DNA of 63,559 bases, filler included, from Dicyema japonicum (Eukaryota > Animalia > Dicyemida), in the NCBI GenBank assembly GCA_011109175.1. It is 7 parts of 7 records of this genome, joined end to end, with 100 filler letters (N's around TTAATTAATTAA, not from the genome) between each part and the next. Parts side by side here need not be neighbours in the genome. Positions count along the whole stretch, not along the records: positions 1 to 17,926 come from RDEW01000085.1; positions 18,027 to 24,008 come from RDEW01000282.1; positions 24,109 to 28,723 come from RDEW01000307.1; 4 more parts are not named here. One strand, given 5' to 3'. This document shows positions 12,456 to 24,606 of this stretch, one piece after another; position 1 is the stretch's first letter; every line of letters starts with the position of its first letter. A program made the position numbers and the translations under genes. The notes beneath the pieces are model-generated. The model made no database searches. It was not told the origin of the DNA and was given only the letters and a program-made list of their open reading frames with translations.

Positions 12456-14000
12456 GTGTTAAAATAGGTCGTTTAATTCTACGTTCCGATGGATCAGTCT
12501 CTCTCATCGTTGACCTCTGAAGAATATATTTAAATGCGATAATTATTAACATTTGAGAATAATACCTAAAAAATCTCTTGTCCCTCCACAAATGGTGGTT
12601 CAACATACTGCCGTACTTAGTGGCTAAATGTTCCACAGCGTTCATTTTTTGCTTACAATCTGGACACAGACCATTGGGNGCTTAATTCTACGTTCACATG
12701 GATCAGCCTCTCTCAACGTTGACCTCTGAGGAATATATTTAAATGCGATAATTATTAACATTTAAGAATTATACCTAAAAAATCTCTTGTCCCTCCACAA
12801 ATGGTGGTTCAATATACTGCCGTACTTAGTGGCCAAATGTTCCACAGCGTTCATTTTTTGCTTACAATCTGGATACAGACCATTGGGGGTTTATGTTTTC
12901 ATGATGAAGCAATACTGAGGACGCATTCATATCCACGTGAGGGTTTTTATAGCCTCAAAGAGTTGACGATAAAGGTTTTTATGCTGATCTGTTTAATTAA
13001 AGTATCACTTTGAATTTTTACCGAGTCCCTTAGACTCTCTCTTTGACTAAGGTCATATTTAGAAGCTAGATATGTGACAATGGAACCTAATTGGGTTTGT
13101 CTTGACTCCCCAACAGCCAAGATTGTCACCTTCTTCTCAGATGTTCTGTTTCAGACTCAAATTCCAGGAGCATAGCCAACAACAACCTCTCACTCATGTA
13201 GGCAACATTACGTAGACCACGAGTTATCACAGACCTAGACATGTACAGCCTGTCTATGTTCGCTAACCAAACGTGGACATGATTCTCTCTCACCACTCGG
13301 CGGATACAAAGATCCATCTCAATGTACTCTTTTAGTTCGAACTCAACAAAATAATTAAGCAAGGAAATTGCACGTTCGTTCAACGCTTGGAATATATTTA
13401 CTCCTGTTTTGTAAATTTGGCCTTCCTCGTGTTCCTAAAATACAAAGATATTTGTATTCGTCGTCTCCCTATAGGACCTTTACTACTCATCGCATATCAT
13501 CTCATTAGTAACAGCTCTGGTACGGTCAAATTCTAAACAATATCTTTTAGGAGCAGATAGTGGTTCGATCTANATGAGAAGAGGTGACTTATCTTATAGT
13601 CGTCGAGAAAGTGGCTACGAGGATGCCCGTCCGTAACATATAAGATCTGGGATGAATCCAAGTTGCAAATTTTCTTAATTTGGTGGCCGCCAGTTTTAAT
13701 TCGTCCCTTTTTAGTTTCTTTTTTCCTGTTCTGTTCACATTCAGACAATCATAAAAAATTATTAAGCAAATTTTATTATCTTTTTATTTCTTGTGTTGTG
13801 TCACCAACAATTCTTTTTAGAAATTTCCACACTCAGATCAAAGATGCAATGTGCGGACAGAATCTAGGTCCTCCGCTTTTTCAGCTTATTTTTGATTCCT
13901 TAGGTCTTCTTGGATTGCAACAAAATCTAGGTCGCCAACGATATCTATGAGTTCAGTCGAAATATGTCCCCATAAGATAGCGAGAGGTTTATTTAGGGGA
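12430..14000 (-). mobile_element. R4/Dong-like non-LTR retrotransposon remnant (RT C-terminal part and zinc knuckle)
   Basis: DEYKYL; ALNERAISLLNYFVE...ANIDRLYMSRSVITRGLRNV; VDMNASSV; PDCKQKMNAVEHLATKYGSMLNHH. Internal duplicate across the n at 12680. Confidence 0.65.
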
Positions 14001-16089
14001 TATATCCAAACGAGTCACACGTATTTCCTATTACATCTTCTAAGGGGTGGAATTTACACAACAAATATATGTCATTGTGGCTGATCTCACTTCGAAAGAT
14101 ATTTAACAGCAAATATACATGATTTTTATGGCTTGCATGTCAAACTCGCAGTTCATGGAGCCAGTGACATGAAAAAGAACAATTCTCTCCTCCTACTTTG
14201 TCACATTGTTGCATAGGTTGGCTCTGTTTCTCTCGGGTCTGCTGACTGTGCTCTGTGGGGACGTAAAACAAAACCCCTGTTCATGGTTATATGCTAGTCG
14301 CCAAGACCTGGAGAGAAGCTCTGGTGGGGACTTCAATGAATGTTAGAATTGGATTGTCATTCACGGATGTTATCCATCATGTCTCCCCCGGTTGTAAAAG
14401 GGCGACTCAACATTGGAGTAGGTCCCTATCGAGTTCTTGCTTTCACATGCAGTACGGCTATCTTCATGAATGTTTAGATTCTGTCAAAAAGGTCATGTCC
14501 CCTGTCATAACTCCCAAAATATCGAGACTACCANACTTCTCGCTTTCACATGCAGTACGGCTATCTTCATTAATGTTTAGATTCTGTCAAAAAGGTCATG
14601 TCCCCTGTCATAACTTCCAAAATATCGAGACTACCAGAAATAAAGAACTTTGTCATCTGTGGTGATCCGAACAGGAACTATCCACAATTGCACATCAGAT
14701 ATATGCTCAACTCGTGACCTGAGCATCTTCAACAACCAAGATTCTCTCCAAGCTTCCGTAACCATATAATTCTACTGTTCAAAGTCAGACTTTTTATACC
14801 AAACAGTAAACTTCAAAATTTTTGCGATAGCAAACTTGGCGGGCTTTACTAAGTATGTGATACTATTTTCGAAGCGGATAAATTATTAATCCCCCTTTCC
14901 TCTTATAGGGAAGTCCTTGAGAACCCGGGTCCAGTTTAGGGGTTAAATTGAAAGTCACCAATTTTAAGTTCAAATGTCTACCAATTCTCACAGGGAGAGC
15001 ATGCAAGCAGTACTCCAAATATTCACTGAAGTGTCATAACTGACTTAAACGGAACTTAGAAGAACGGTACTGTCGAGTTTGAATTTGATGAGAACTGTTG
15101 AAACTGTAAATTACCAAATAAAATACGGTCCAGCATGTGTTTCCTTAATCAGCGATTTAAGTGGAAAGGTCATTATTCGGAGTCTTCAAAATTCCTTGAA
15201 TTTGGTTTTACAAGCGAAATGAGTGAAAGAAATCCACAAAAAGCATTTTAAAATAAACCCAGAAACAACCTTGCATGCCAAAACTCCCCACGTGGGTAAT
15301 CATGAAAGTTTAATAGAACAACAACCAACCAAACTATTGATAAGCTTGTTGACCCATCAAATCGCTCTTTCAGACCGTCTGTGACTGCTCCGAAAGATGA
15401 AAGGGAGTAAAAATTTGAGGACGAGGCAAGCAGTTGGATGGGTTGTCTGAGCATCAAGGCCCGACATAATTCATGGAAGTCCTCTAGCAGGAACCCCTTC
15501 TTAAAGAGAATTGCAAGCTGTAGTCAGCTTACATGAAAACTACAATTTAACAAAAATTTTTTGTCAAGCTTAATTTTTTTAAGGCAGAAAAGGCCATTTA
15601 GAAGAATTCATGTTCCGTGGAAACCACGAGGTCTTTCTCGGGTTTCATCCAGCACTTATAACACTGCGNGGTGTAAAAATTTGAGGACAAGGCAAGCAGT
15701 TGGATGAGTTGTCTGAGCATCAGGGGCCGACATGAATCATGGAATTCCTCTAACAGGAACCCCTTCTTAAAGAGAATTGCACACTGTGGTCAGCTTACAT
15801 GAAAACTACAATTTAACGAAAATTTTTTGTCAAGCTTAATTTTTTTAAGGCAGAAAAGGTCATTTAGAAGAATTCATGTTCCGTGGAAACCACGAGGTCT
15901 TTCTCGGGTTTCACCCAGCACTTATAACACTGCGTCATTCAGAAAAAATAATTAACCTTTTACAATTAATTGTTTGTTTAGTCTGTTCAGTCTCTTCCTC
16001 TTCCTACTAGAGTGGGTTCATATGATCCACCTGTCTCAGATGGCGCCCAGTGGCAGACTGACACGAAGAAAGATCATTTTTTCTCCATC

Positions 16090-16340
16090 ACTCAATCCGT
16101 GCTGGGTCGGAAGTATTGAGATTGAGTCATGTATTTTTTCCAAAACAAGCCTTTCAAGGATCCTTGAGACCGGACTTAGAATAGATATTGGGCGANGTGT
16201 GAGGGTTGTAAGGTGTGTTGTCGTCGAATGGTTATCCCGGAATCCGTGCTGGGTCGGAGGTATTGAGATTGAGTCTTGTATTTTTTCCAAAACAAGCCTT
16301 TCAAGGATCCTTGAGACCGGACTTAGAATAGATATTGGGC
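16090..16340 (-). mobile_element. Ingi/Vingi-like RT fragment (duplicated across an n)
   Basis: RPISILSPVSRILERLVLEKI...PTQHGFRDNHSTTTHL. Confidence 0.8.
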
Positions 16341-16430
16341 CAAAATATTTATTCTTTTTTGATAATAAAAAATTAAGAACAAAATATTTAAATCACCAAA
16401 AATATTTGTTAGCACCAATTAGTAATTAAA

Positions 16431-17736
16431 TTAATTAATAAATCTCGGAGTAAAGGTGGGTCTATAAACGCCAGCACGTTTTCTTCCGAAAAAATGTCTA
16501 ACAATATCAATAATATTTTTGGCTGTTCGTTCGACTTCTTCGGGTGTCCCAATCTTAGGATTGTACTCAACAAAGTCAATAGCAGTAACGAGATCTTAAT
16601 TTAAATCATTTAATACGTAAATTATTCAATTCCTCAGCCATATATAAAGCTTCCCTCATTGTTAGACCATGTGGGACTAAAATATAGGTTAACCTAATTA
16701 CTTCCAGTTCCAGTTGATGGGATAAATGTTGGATCGAGTGCATCAACGTCCCAGCTTACATGGATCGGTCGGTCTCGACTAAAATATCATATTTCTTGTT
16801 ACTTTGGGTTTATGTGATCAAGAGCCATATTCAAAACCATGGCTATTCCATACTTTTCCACTTCTTGCATAGAAAATACAGCGGCTTTTGTAGTTTGGGA
16901 GAAGTAACTAAAATTATCGCCACTCAAGTTACGATTCGCACTCGTCAAGATCTCGATATCCAATAAAAGCCACTCTTTCGCTCGGAATGCTGTAATATTA
17001 AATTATAACCTCACCAAGGTGTGAGCCAGTCAAAACTAGCGGGGAGATTAAGATACTTTTTCGTTTCATTAACAATCAAGCTCATGACCATTCCATGTGA
17101 ATTATTGGTGGGAGACTCTTGAGGAACATTGAAATCCGCATGAGCATCTATCCAAATAAGACAGGCTTCAGGATTTGTTTGAAGATGTCCATGAATTGTC
17201 GCACATGCCATCGAATGGTCTCCACCAATGAAAACAGACAGATCATTCTCACTAGTTGATTTTTGACACATTTGGGAAATCTACATTATTGGAGAGAAGT
17301 GACCAATTTTCCAGCAGTCCCCACAGCGTGTGGATTTTTGATACACTTCACCATTGGGTCATTTTCAAACTCTTCGAATTCCAAATCACCGTAATCAACG
17401 ACATTTTTGTGACCTAAAACAGTCTTAACCAAGAATACTGTAGTTCTGAATAATTTTCACAAGACCCCTCTCACGTAGATCAGAGATACACTTCACCATT
17501 GGGTCATTTTCAAACTCTTCGAATTCCAAATCACCGTAATCAACGACATTTTTGTGACCTAAAACAGTCTTAACCAAGAATACTGTAGTTCTGAATAATT
17601 TTCACAAGACCCCTCTCACGTAGATCAGAAGGTCCATATTCCGTCCCCATTCTTGGCTTTCATAGTCAAATTATACAATTACCTGTCCTTTGACAGCTGG
17701 TACTCCAATATAGCCAATAGTATCGTTTCTTGACAT
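16431..17736 (-). CDS. ARG: Arginase, 9 exons, 321 aa (excluding a 145-bp internal duplicate)
   Basis: Introns 17682-17657 (26 nt), 17583-17559 (25), 17303-17281 (23), 17014-16990 (25), 16932-16908 (25), 16802-16779 (24), 16701-16677 (25), 16616-16595 (22), all GT-AG. Protein has [51 protein letters not shown], so all Mn-binding residues are present. Confidence 0.95.
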
Positions 17737-17926
17737 AATTTATTCGTTATTTTTAATTTTTTTCAAAAAATTAAGATATTTATAGAAAATTAAATGGCAA
17801 TTAATATTAATTGTATTTGTTGCTAGCCAGTTATCGCCTATTGTGGTTAAAAATTTAATCGCATTATCCAATTTTTTGATTTGGGTCATAGAATCATCGA
17901 GGTCTCGGCTGTGAGAAGAGAAAAAA

Positions 17927-18026
17927 NNNNNNNNNNNNNNNNNNNNNNNNNNNNNNNNNNNNNNNNNNNNTTAATTAATTAANNNNNNNNNNNNNNNNNN
18001 NNNNNNNNNNNNNNNNNNNNNNNNNN
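17927..18026. other. Assembly gap with artificial TTAATTAATTAA spacer (same at ~24009, ~28724, ~33088, ~54337, ~61518)
   Basis: An identical 12-mer (stops in all six frames) is centred in ~100-N runs six times. Confidence 0.95.
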
Positions 18027-18283
18027 TAACATTTTAAGTTTTAAGCTTTTTCTGAAAAAGTTGCTTGCACTGAAGAAGGGTAGGCGACTTATTTCGGAGG
18101 TTTTAGAGCTATTCCCATCAACCGGCACAAAGGGGATTTAATCCAGTCCTCCCCGTCGTGCACTCTATTCCTTCCTTATGGCAAGAACGATATTCTGCCA
18201 CACCGATGAGATTGATTACCCAACTCTAATGAGATTGAACGATATTTTGGCAAGAACGATATTCTGCCTCTAAGTATTACATT

Positions 18284-19051
18284 AGTTAACCTCTCTATAT
18301 TGCCACGAAAAAAACCAAATATTTCATGGCAATAAGACTCTCTCCTGACAATGCCACGAAAAAAACCAAATACCAAATATTTCATGGCAACCTCTCTCTC
18401 CTGACAATAAATGGATTAATATTATGTCTTCGCTTAAACCGATGCATCCATCCATTTAAATATTTGAAATCCATAATTCCTAAATCTTTTCCAAATTTTT
18501 TTTGCTTGTTCCCGTAATATTTCATCATTCAAAACAATATTTTGAGACCTTTTGTTTACAAACCAAATCCAAAGAGCTTCCTCCAAATCCAAATGCTTCG
18601 CAGATTTAGTGCGCTTAGCTTTTGAGTTATAATCATCCAGTTTTCTAATTTTTCTCTGTGTCGTAGTATTTCACAAACAGTCCTTCTTTTGACAGATAGT
18701 CTCTATATTTTTGAGAAGTGATCAGCAATTTCCTTATGGGTTTTATGTTTATTATTGTTGTTATAATATTCAATTATTTCGTTTTTATGCTTAAAATTAA
18801 GAGATAGTCTTCTACAGCTTTCACTATTTACCATTCTGCAATTTAAGTGCTAATATCACGTAACCTATAACCGGTTAAAAACAATAATAAAATAGTGTAA
18901 TTCATATGACTTAAAAATAATAATTTAAAAATTTGAATGGCGTTATATCGGATAAGGCACATTAAAGAGAAATTCAAAGAAGAACCAAAAAATGACGTGG
19001 CAATAAGCGGGGTGGCATTATAAGGGGATGGCATTATAGAGGGTTTAAGTG
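18284..19051 (-). mobile_element. pogo/Tigger-like internally deleted DNA transposon (CENP-B-like HTH only)
   Basis: Disrupted frame LSLNFKHKNEII...DLEEALWIWFVNKRSQNIVLNDEILREQAK...YLNGWMHRFKRRHNI. Imperfect ~20-bp TIRs (TTAAACCCTCTATAATGCCA vs TTAACCTCTCTATATTGCCA), with TA adjacent at 19052-19053. Confidence 0.8.
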
Positions 19052-19231
19052 TACTAATATTATTGTTTGCAGAAATACCGCTAGACTAGAAATTTTTTTA
19101 AATAAAATTCCTAATTTGGGTGGATTGAATTTATTGATCTTGTAATTGATATCCTTGACTTATCCATAATCTCGATTATTTTTTCATGTAATTAATTAAA
19201 ATATAAAATTTTTTTATATTCAATTTATCTA

Positions 19232-22200
19232 TTATATTTTATCGTCTTCTATATTTGGTGCAAGTAAAAATGGATGGTCCAACAGTTCATCAGCGGACCA
19301 CCGAAGACTCGGATCAGTCGAAAAACAAAACGTCTAAAAAATCTTTTCCTTCAACGCTAAGCCACGCAGGTTTCTCTGGCGAATTTCCCATGCCTACCTT
19401 GAACATAATCTGATAACTATTTATTAGTCCGGGCCATGGCCTCTAAAAAATTAATCTAATTAAATTTAAACATTTCCGGTAGCCATTTCAACGACAACAC
19501 ACCCTGAACTCCATATGTCCGCAGATCGTCCATACCCAGCACTTGTGATTACTTCCGGAGCCATGTAGCCTATAATCGTAATTAAAAAACTACAAATGGT
19601 TCCGGTCATTGAAGTAATTTCACCAGATACAGTAGTCATGTTGACAAGTTTCGTAGAACTTCCAAAATCACCCAATTTTATTCGACTCCCCGAAGCAAGA
19701 AATATATTAGCGCCTAAATTTATAATCAGACAAATAAACCTTTTACGTCTCTATGGATTATATAGTGCTTGTGAAGAAAACTTAGACCTGAAATGATTTG
19801 TCGAGAGTAATTCCGAATTGCAGGTTCACCCAAGCCGGATTTAGACAGGTCTGCCAACGTCCCTTCATTGCAATATTCCATGAATATAAAAAGAGTATCC
19901 TATGAATGATGATAGTGCTTTTTACATGATATGTTTCAATCCCGTAATATTGAACCAAGTTCTCGTTATGCAAGCCCTCAATTATTTTCATTTCATCTGC
20001 GAGCAATTCTATCTCCTGATGGCTGGCAGTAATTTGGATCTAGTGATAAATATTTATTTAGAGACTTCTTTCATGGCCATGATTTCACCAGTCTTTGTGT
20101 TTTTGGCAGTATAGACTTTCCCAAAATTCCCTCTCCTAATGATTTCATTTGGCTGTTATTCACCCAATAATATTCCACGATTCCATTTAAACTTTGTTTT
20201 TTTATTTTTTGTATTGATCGTTCCCGCTTGTTCGATTTTTACGGATCCAATAATTCCTTTTCTAATCAAATATTTTTGATTCTCAAATCTACCTTTTTAA
20301 TTCAATGTCCCTCTCTTTATCAAGCGTAGAAGCTAGTCGGATAATCCTCTCTGATCTGGTCAAATGGCTAAACCCCAATTTATCCACTGTTGATATTAGT
20401 TATATACTTCTTTACACACAGTTAATGTAACTTCTAAATTCAGAGTTCCTTCTAAATGATAAAGCTGTGCTTCGTCTTATGGTTCTCCTTTGAATATTTT
20501 CAGCTATGAAAAATATTGTTAGAATTTACTATTTGATTTGCCAACAACGTGATTCCAACAATCATTCACAGTATTTTTTACCTCCTTTTATAATAAAAAT
20601 GAATCCGATACCAAATATGACTCTTCGTCCAAAAGAGCCAGAATATGTTTGTCATATGCCAATAACAAAAAAGTCAAATCCATTTTTTGCCCAGCTAAAG
20701 AAATTATGGAGGATGTGTTTCTTACGTAGGTTGTTTGCCGTTTCCTGTTTCATAAAACTTGATAACAAAATTGATCCACAAACGAGCTAATGAATCCATT
20801 CCTTCATAAATTCTGAACTTAATTATACATGAAACATGTTTTATAATCTCTTTATAGAACTAGAATTAATTATAAACATATATCAAAAGATACTTCAAAT
20901 CCAAAGTTGAAACATTGCTGAGTAGTTTCTTTAAACAACTCTTCATAGTTCTGATTATCACCTGACAAGTGTTCAAGTAACAAATTCATAGAATTTTCCA
21001 CAAAGTTGTATATTTTAGAGCTCAGCTGAACAAACGAAAACTAACTGTCATGGATTGACTTACTTTCAGATCATAGTAACTAGATTGGAACTCATTTAAA
21101 AGCAGAGTGGACTGAGGATTTACTATTCTCACTGTATTCCCAATCATGTCAATAAAATGGTTTTTTTGTTGTGACAAATTCAAGACAGAATTCACTACCA
21201 ATCGGAGTGAGTTGATCTAAGAGATTAGATTAAATAAAAATCTTACAAACCTTTAACAAATTTATATTTTCTATTATAAATTCTGATATTTTAATATTAG
21301 AACCGGTCCGTCCATTTTTACGATTTTCTGGAGTTGACTCGATGATTAAAATATAATTGCTCTTTAAAATTTTTATTAAAAATGCACCAGAAAAAAATTA
21401 TTGGGTTGATCAATATTTTCATTTGCGTCTAATTGAAGACAAAGAGCTTTAATAAGTGAATCAAGAATATCAATGTTAAGAACGACTCGAAATGGTGCAA
21501 TAATTATAATATTTGTAGCATCAGAGAATTCAAGCTTTGAGATAAATAAAAATCTAGTGACTACCATGACATGTTTAAGTTCGATTAACCGGTCGTAGAA
21601 TTCTTCAATCCCTACCACAATGTCAAAATCTGCAGATATTTCAACACTCTATTAAAAAATTTAACATTTTCCATACACTTCGAAGAACTTTTAAGAACGA
21701 AATTCCTTTGAAAGACCGATTTTTAGCTTCAATCAAATGACTTCTAACTTTCCGACATAGATTAAAAAAACAAATTCTAAACTGCGAAAATCAATATGAA
21801 TACCTGTTAGATTTGTCGCTCGTTTCCAAAGAACCTTGGATGTTGATCTTGTTTATAATAGAAAGAGAGGCTTCCATATGATTACATATTTGATTAGTTT
21901 TCTGGAGTTCAAGAATAGTCATTTCTATATATTCCGATATTGATAATATGTATTTACTGCCTAATTTTCTATAAAAACAAATACAATTATATTACTTACG
22001 CGAATGTTAGAATAGATTGAGAAGAACCAAGAGATCCAAAATTATAACGTATTTTTTTAATAAAATTCCATTCGTTTTCCATGTTGCTTTGAACAGTAGA
22101 CGAGACGGTAGAAATTTGCTGTAAATTTTCAAACCACACTTGCAAATATTCAGATATACCTGAATTCAAAATAACCAAATCTACCAAAAAAAAGTTGTCA

Positions 22201-22980
22201 AATAGCAAATCATAGTTAAATAATTTATTTTTGAGATCAAAGTCTTCACTTGAGATCCGGTAAATAATCGAAATATATTTACAACGACATTCTACGCCAA
22301 TTTCTAGTGCTTCCTTCCAGTCTTTAATTAGCCTGTGACATTAAATAAACTATTAAACTTGCTTTAAAGACAGCATGGAAATAGTTAGTGATGGGCGGCT
22401 TTCGTATTTCACTTTTAAGACTGCGAAAATAATGTCGAGCGGAATCTGTGCAATGAACGCTATACTCGCTGTAAAAATGGTAAATTCATTTGATAAAAAT
22501 CATCTTGTAAAGGACATTTTACAAAATTTTCACAATTCGGACAAACACTTTCGTGTTCTTTTATAAGTGAATTTTTGTCAAAAATTAATTCTTCAAAGAA
22601 GAAGCCAATGGTCTAAATATATTAGTGTTCAATTAATAATATTACATTTTTTAGAGACTTTTGTCTAAATATTCCGCAAGCTTTAAATAAACAAGGACGA
22701 ATCATTCTTTGTAATATTTTTTTGAGATATTTAAGGTTATTATTTCTCAAAATTGTTTCAACAAAAGGCTTATATATTAGAGTCCAATCAAAATGGATAT
22801 TCTCAATGTCAAAACTCCAGTCCGATAAAGGGCTTGCAATAGATTCAGTTTCATATAATGAGACGGGAGAGACAGGAATGGTCATTCCAGGATTGACATT
22901 TGCTACTAAACTTGGAGTACGAGTTCTACTCGTAGTCACATTTATAGAAATTTTTCTTTTTATCAAATCGCAGTATTTAA
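19232..22980 (-). CDS. MAP3K4: MAP kinase kinase kinase 4 (MEKK4/Mekk1-like), multi-exon; 5' end unresolved at the gap
   Basis: Spliced kinase domain: KFKWNRGILLGEGNFGKVY...MAMKE...FMEYCNEGTL...IIHRDVKGANIFL...IKLGDFGSS...GTICYMAPEVI...GRSADIWSSGCVVVEMATGNRPW...QIMFKVGMG. Upstream QCFNFGFEFYKE, RLWINFV, WAKNGFDF and RKGIIGSV match the MEKK4 N-terminal region. Kinase-domain introns 24-29 nt. Two apparent +1 T frameshifts. Confidence 0.88.
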
Positions 22981-24108
22981 AAAAATTTTCNNNNNNNNNN
23001 NNNNNNNNNNNNNNNNNNNNNNNNNNNNNNNNNNNNNNNNNNNNNNNNNNNNNNNNNNNNNNNNNNNNNNNNNNNNNNNNNNNNNNNNNNNNNNNNNNNN
23101 NNNNNNNNNNNNNNNNNNNNNNNNNNNNNTATGTGAGTTTTCACCACGGGTTTTTTTAGTTGCTGGAAATGTTCTGCACAGGAACTGCTGTGACCCTGAT
23201 CAATGTTGACAAAATTATTTTCAAAAATCAACACATTGTGGCAAGAACTGACGATGTAGACCGTCTCTCCGCAGACATTTTGCATGCCAGACTAAAGGAT
23301 ATTTTTGGTTCGAGAAGATTATATATCTTTCTAGACAGGGCGGGAACTTAACCAGAGTGGACAGTTGAAATTTGATTATTTAATCCACAAAATTTGTTAA
23401 ATTAACATATTTTTTTAATAAAATAACAAAAGTTCGCGTATAGTTCAATATTGCACTAATCATACTCTGTCAACGTCAGCAAAATGTATTCCAAGTAAAA
23501 AACCGTAATGGTCAGTATAGCGATAAAAGTTTGAACTCCCTTCCACCACCAAGGTGAAGAGATCAGCTTTCGTCAGCATCCAAGAATCCAAACTTTGAAG
23601 AGTTGGGGATACAATGAAATGGGCTGGCAGACATCAGAATTGTAAAAATATGGCGAAACTAAAAAAAAGGGCTGTTATAACCCATCCATGCAATGTAAAA
23701 CGTGTCGTCTGACATTGACGAGTTGCCATGGCCATTTTGTGGTGTGCTAAAACCATCACTGCCCGTACTCAATCCCGGATTTTTCTAGCCACATCCTGAA
23801 AACGGAAAAAAGTGTCTGCAAAAAAGCCTCAACTACCTCTAAAAGAAGATAGAGACCCATAAATTGGTGGGGAGTGAGGCACAGGATAATTGTCTGCAAA
23901 CTGTTTCATTGTCAATGGTAGTTGTATGGATGTATTGGCAGGAAAGGTTCAAGAGACATACTCTGAACCTCCTGGAGGTCCACCCCGAGCGGATCACTTC
24001 CTACGACANNNNNNNNNNNNNNNNNNNNNNNNNNNNNNNNNNNNNNNNNNNNTTAATTAATTAANNNNNNNNNNNNNNNNNNNNNNNNNNNNNNNNNNNN
24101 NNNNNNNN

Positions 24109-24258
24109 GGTTCCCATTCAAAATGGCCTCTTTCAAAATGGCCTCCATTCAAAATGGCCTCCATTCAAAATGGCCTCTTTCAAAATGGCCTCCATTCAAA
24201 ACGGCCTCCATTCAAAACGGCCTCCATTCAAAATGGCCTCCATTCAAAATGGCCTCCA
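24109..24258 (+). repeat. 16-bp tandem array (GGCCTCCATTCAAAAT)n, left TIR
   Basis: About 9 units, mirrored by about 5 reverse-complement units at ~27470-27553. Confidence 0.95.
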
Positions 24259-24308
24259 ATTAAATTTCTCAGGTTTTGGATAAGTTCATCAATAGACATC
24301 ACGAGATA

Positions 24309-24606
24309 TTTTACCAAGGTCCTCGACATCTTTAGGTAAAAAAGTCATCTTTTTAAATCTTATAAAAATTGATTTTACCAAGGTCCTCGACATCTTTAGG
24401 TAAAAAAAGTCATCTTTTTAAATCTTATAAAAATTGATTTTAACAGGTCCTATGGGTAAGTGGAACATTTTACCAAGGTCCTCGACATCTTTAGGTAAAA
24501 AAGTCATCTTTTTAAATCTTATAAAAATTGATTTTAACAGGTCCTATGAGTAAGTGGAACATTTTACCAAGGTCCTCGACATCTTTAGGTAAAAAAGTCA
24601 TCTTTT
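24309..24606 (+). repeat. 60-95-bp subterminal tandem array of the Mutator element
   Basis: Unit TTTTACCAAGGTCCTCGACATCTTTAGGTAAAAAAGTCATC..., with reverse-complement arrays at ~26250-26520 and ~26900-27410. Confidence 0.9.

Noticed and set aside
137-17736. Non-standard genetic code (ciliate-like, given the 25-nt introns)
   Set aside because: RagA and arginase translate without internal stops under the standard code, use CAA/CAG for Gln and end in TAA at positions matching homologue lengths.
17971-17982. Recurrent TTAATTAATTAA motif
   Set aside because: Always centred in N runs; it is a scaffolding spacer, not biology.
23160-24008. 5' exons of MAP3K4 beyond the gap
   Set aside because: Could not identify MEKK4 motifs or a consistent splice path; left unannotated.
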